In this document: positions 61,285-64,000 of the stretch, piece by piece
How the letters are laid out: each line of letters opens with the position of its first letter
Position numbering within the stretch: the first letter of the stretch is position 1
Assembly (NCBI GenBank): GCA_016197205.1
Contig: JACPWG010000100.1
Span: 8,250 to 72,249 of the forward strand
Direction of reading: 5' to 3'
Origin: Planctomycetota bacterium
GTDB lineage: Bacteria > Planctomycetota > MHYJ01 > WSZJ01 > JACPWG01
DNA length: 64,000 nt
Translations under genes and position numbers: made by a program
The notes under the pieces: model-generated
Told to the model about the DNA's origin: nothing
Database searches by the model: none
Seen by the model: only the letters and a program-made list of their open reading frames with translations

Positions 61285-62805
61285 ATGCGCATCCCACGCC
61301 CGAGGGCTCGCCCCCTCCCCCTCGTCGCCGCCACGCTCGCAGCGCTGCTGATGACGCGATCCGGCCGGGCCCCTGCACAAGAGGACCCCTCCGCCCCGCC
61401 GCCCGGCCCCCACCTCCCCCTCCGGGACGCGAGCGCACTCCCCGCTTCCCTCAGTCTCCGCGGCCGGACGGTCGCGGCCTACTACTTCTACTGGTACGAC
61501 GACGCGACGCAGGCACACGTCGTCGACCCGGACGGCACCGACGCGCTCCAGGACCACCCCGCGCGCAGGAAAGGGTTCTCCTACGCGGACCCCGCTTGGC
61601 ATTTCCGCGAGCTCAGCGACCTGCGCGAGGCAGGGATCGATCTCGTCCTGCCCGTCTTCTGGGGCGTCCCCGGCCGCCACGACGACTGGAACTTCGTCGG
61701 CCTCCGCGCCCTCGTCGCCGCGCTTGATCGTCTCGCGGACCCGCCGCGGGTCGGGCTCTTCTACGACACGACGACGCTCCAGGGGATCGACTTGACAGCG
61801 GAGGACGGACGGCTCCGGTTCTACCGGACCGTCCGCGACTTCTACTCCATGATCCCGCCCGCCCACTGGGCACGCCTCGACGGAAAGCCGCTGGTCTGGC
61901 TGTACTCCTCCCATTTCCCGAAGGCCGTGGACGCCGGCGCGTTCGCACGCCTCCGCGAGGCGCTGAAGACCGACTTCGCCGGGCTGGACGTTTTCGTGAT
62001 CGGCGATCCGGGCTGGGCTCGGCGCGCGCGTGCGTCGGTCCTCGACGCGACCTACGACTGGGGCGCCGCGCTCGGCGGGCCGCGGATTCACCCGGTCGTG
62101 GCGGCCGTCGGCCCGGGCTACGACGACTCCGCGGTGCCCGGACGGCGCACGCCGAAGCGGGACCGCGAGGGCGGCCGCTTCTACGAACGCGGCTGGCGCC
62201 GCGTGCTCCGCTCGGACGCGGCGATCGCCGTGGTGGAAACCTGGAACGAATTCCACGAAGGGACGGACGTCTGCGAGAGCCGGGAGTACGGCCGCGCTTA
62301 CATCGAGGCGACCGCGCGCTTCGCCGACCTCTTCCGGCGGCGAGAGCGTCCGCCGCGCCCCCAGGGGGAGTACGCGGACGCGCGGGAAACGACGTGGCGA
62401 CCCGGCGAGGCACGCGGCCTCCGCGCGGTCGATTGGGAGGACGGCCTGTTCGACCTGGCCGAAGGCGTTCTCCGCACCCGGGAGAACCGCTTCAGCCCCT
62501 ACCGCTATGCATACTTTGACGTCGACGACGATTTCGCGCCGGAGGAACCGGCGGACCTCGAGGTCTCCGCCGAGGTGTTGGACGACGGGACCGGCATCGT
62601 CCAGCTCTCCTACAACGGGGCCGACGACGTCTACGTCCGCGGCCCGCGCATCAGGCTCACGGACACAAGGGCGTGGCGGAAGCTGGTATTCCCGCTACGG
62701 GGCGCGCTGCTCCGGAACGCGCAAAACGGCGGCGCCGACTTCCGGTTCGCGATCGGGGAGCAGGACCTGTCGATCCGGCGCGTCGTCGTCCGCCGCCGGG
62801 AGTGA
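61285..62805 (+). CDS. Exported GH99/DUF5010-like glycoside hydrolase with C-terminal CBM-like domain
   Basis: YYFYWY, AGID, DGKP, PGYDD, ETWNEFHEG; YFDVDD..NGGADFR. Confidence 0.82.
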   Translation: MRIPRPRARPLPLVAATLAALLMTRSGRAPAQEDPSAPPPGPHLPLRDASALPASLSLRGRTVAAYYFYWYDDATQAHVVDPDGTDALQDHPARRKGFSYADPAWHFRELSDLREAGIDLVLPVFWGVPGRHDDWNFVGLRALVAALDRLADPPRVGLFYDTTTLQGIDLTAEDGRLRFYRTVRDFYSMIPPAHWARLDGKPLVWLYSSHFPKAVDAGAFARLREALKTDFAGLDVFVIGDPGWARRARASVLDATYDWGAALGGPRIHPVVAAVGPGYDDSAVPGRRTPKRDREGGRFYERGWRRVLRSDAAIAVVETWNEFHEGTDVCESREYGRAYIEATARFADLFRRRERPPRPQGEYADARETTWRPGEARGLRAVDWEDGLFDLAEGVLRTRENRFSPYRYAYFDVDDDFAPEEPADLEVSAEVLDDGTGIVQLSYNGADDVYVRGPRIRLTDTRAWRKLVFPLRGALLRNAQNGGADFRFAIGEQDLSIRRVVVRRRE

Positions 62806-62987
62806 GGACGGACCGAAGGCGTCTCGTCGCGGGAGGGTGGAGGCAAGGAGAGAGGGGCGGGCGGGCGGAGGGAGTGGCCCGGCGAGCACCGGTCGCGCCC
62901 GAACGGCGCCGGCGGGAGACCGAGGGGAGCCCCCGGCGGCGGACGGGGGCGGGGACGGAGGGCTTCGGGGGGGGGTCGCAGGGCCAC

Positions 62988-63200
62988 TCAGGCCCCGGTC
63001 GGGCCACCTCGCTTCACCGCTCGGCGTTTCGCAGCCCTTCGCCTGGCAACCTCGGCCCGCCGCTTCCTGGAATAGAGACGGAGGGGTGGGAAGGGCGCGG
63101 GTCGGACCTGGAAAACCTGACGACCTCCGCTTTCGAAGGCCTCCACGAACATATCGAGGATCTCCTCGTGGGAAACTGGGCGCGGGATCGGTTTCTTCAT
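62988..63200 (-). CDS. Small basic hypothetical protein
   Basis: GGAGA RBS; ATG overlaps upstream stop. Confidence 0.5.
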   Translation of the reverse strand: MKKPIPRPVSHEEILDMFVEAFESGGRQVFQVRPAPFPPLRLYSRKRRAEVARRRAAKRRAVKRGGPTGA

Positions 63201-63637
63201 GGTTTTCTCCCTTCCGGGGATGTCAGCCATACTCCGTTCAATATACAACCGACCGCCTCCTGGTTCAAGGCCCGCCCCATTCCAGCCAAAGTTCGCCGCA
63301 AGCCTCGAAGCCCACGCAGCAGGTGTGGCGAGCTGGGGTCGATCCAAGACTCGATCACGGTCACCCAGTCCCAGTGCGTTCGAGCGCCGGGTCCCCGCCC
63401 ATCGCGCCATTCACCGACGCCGCGACCGTAGGCGGTCGCGCCGCCGAAGAGCTCGGCGAGAAGTCGGAGCAGCCGAAGGATCCACCGATTTTGGAGGTCC
63501 ACGGGGACATGCTTCGAGGTACGATCTCCCTCCGGCACGAAGACCCAGAGGCAGTGGTGGAACGGAAAACTCGGGGGGCCTGCAAGGGCAAGCCGATTTG
63601 CCTGCTTCCTCTTCATCGCCATCCTCTCCATGCCCAT
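63197..63637 (-). CDS. Hypothetical protein, DUF3574-like pattern
   Basis: LFGGATAY..G.GEW...VTVIE...L..ALNQEAV. Confidence 0.6.
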   Translation of the reverse strand: MGMERMAMKRKQANRLALAGPPSFPFHHCLWVFVPEGDRTSKHVPVDLQNRWILRLLRLLAELFGGATAYGRGVGEWRDGRGPGARTHWDWVTVIESWIDPSSPHLLRGLRGLRRTLAGMGRALNQEAVGCILNGVWLTSPEGRKP

Positions 63638-63641
63638 GCCC

Positions 63642-63831
63642 AGCACTACAACGCTACAGCCAAAAGTTCGCCACCTGCGACGGACTCTGCCAAGCTCCGC
63701 CCCTGTTCGTAGTTCCGCCTTCAGGCGGCGCGTGCGGCGAGAACTGCGACACGTGGTTGGCAGCCCCGCCTAAAGGCGGAACTACGAACCAGTTGGGCTC
63801 GAAGGCTCCACTTCTTTAGCGTTGTAGTGCT
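63642..63831. mobile_element. MITE with perfect 15-bp TIR AGCACTACAACGCTA enclosing an inverted REP pair
   Basis: TIRs 63642-63656 and 63817-63831; REPs GTTCGTAGTTCCGCCTT(C/T)AGGCGG at 63705-63728 and 63766-63789. Confidence 0.88.
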
Positions 63832-64000
63832 AGGCGACTCCGCCTTCGAGTTCGACTTGTTCGACGAGACTCAGCCAGGGCCGGCTGGAGGTTGCGTGAT
63901 GCGTGAAGCCAGGAAGCGCAGTCCTCCACGCCGAAACGAGGGAGCTCGCAGGACACGGCACTGTCCCGGACCCGCACGCCGTGCACGCGCCGGCGATTCG

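Noticed and set aside
60115-61370. DGR template/variable repeat pair
   Set aside because: Mismatches are not confined to adenines, the repeat is at a gene 5' end, and there is no reverse transcriptase

Overview
GC-rich bacterial chromosome segment, most likely from an uncultured Planctomycetota member. This is an inference from DUF4058, the ribH-nusB-ftsY order, Ala(-1) prepilins and a HEAT-repeat lipoprotein. Positions 1-12.9 kb are an accessory region downstream of tRNA-Asn(GTT): an acyl-CoA oxidase-like gene, DUF1826, an atypical receiver protein, sodC, a membrane-anchored ACP-like protein, an adenylate cyclase, and an AbiEi/AbiEii pair with a frameshifted toxin. The middle holds housekeeping genes (mnmA, purF/purM, ribH-nusB-ftsY, purN, spoIID-like/tgt, dnaE, nnrE) plus a GAF-GAF-PAS adenylate cyclase / cNMP-GGDEF pair. 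The right end has a three-gene minor-pilin (PilV/W/X-like) cassette, DUF4058 and a GH99/DUF5010-like hydrolase. The most unusual signal is non-coding: many intergenic spaces contain short elements with IS-like terminal inverted repeats. Their cores are interchangeable REP palindromes or 7-9-nt periodic repeats, they nest inside each other (one with an 8-bp target duplication and an empty-site copy in the same window), and they often start at or supply stop codons. No transposase is present in the window. Two sigma54-type promoters appear to drive a secreted (x)PTYY-repeat peptide and a candidate sRNA. All calls are by eye from motifs; no database searches were run, and some start codons are estimates.
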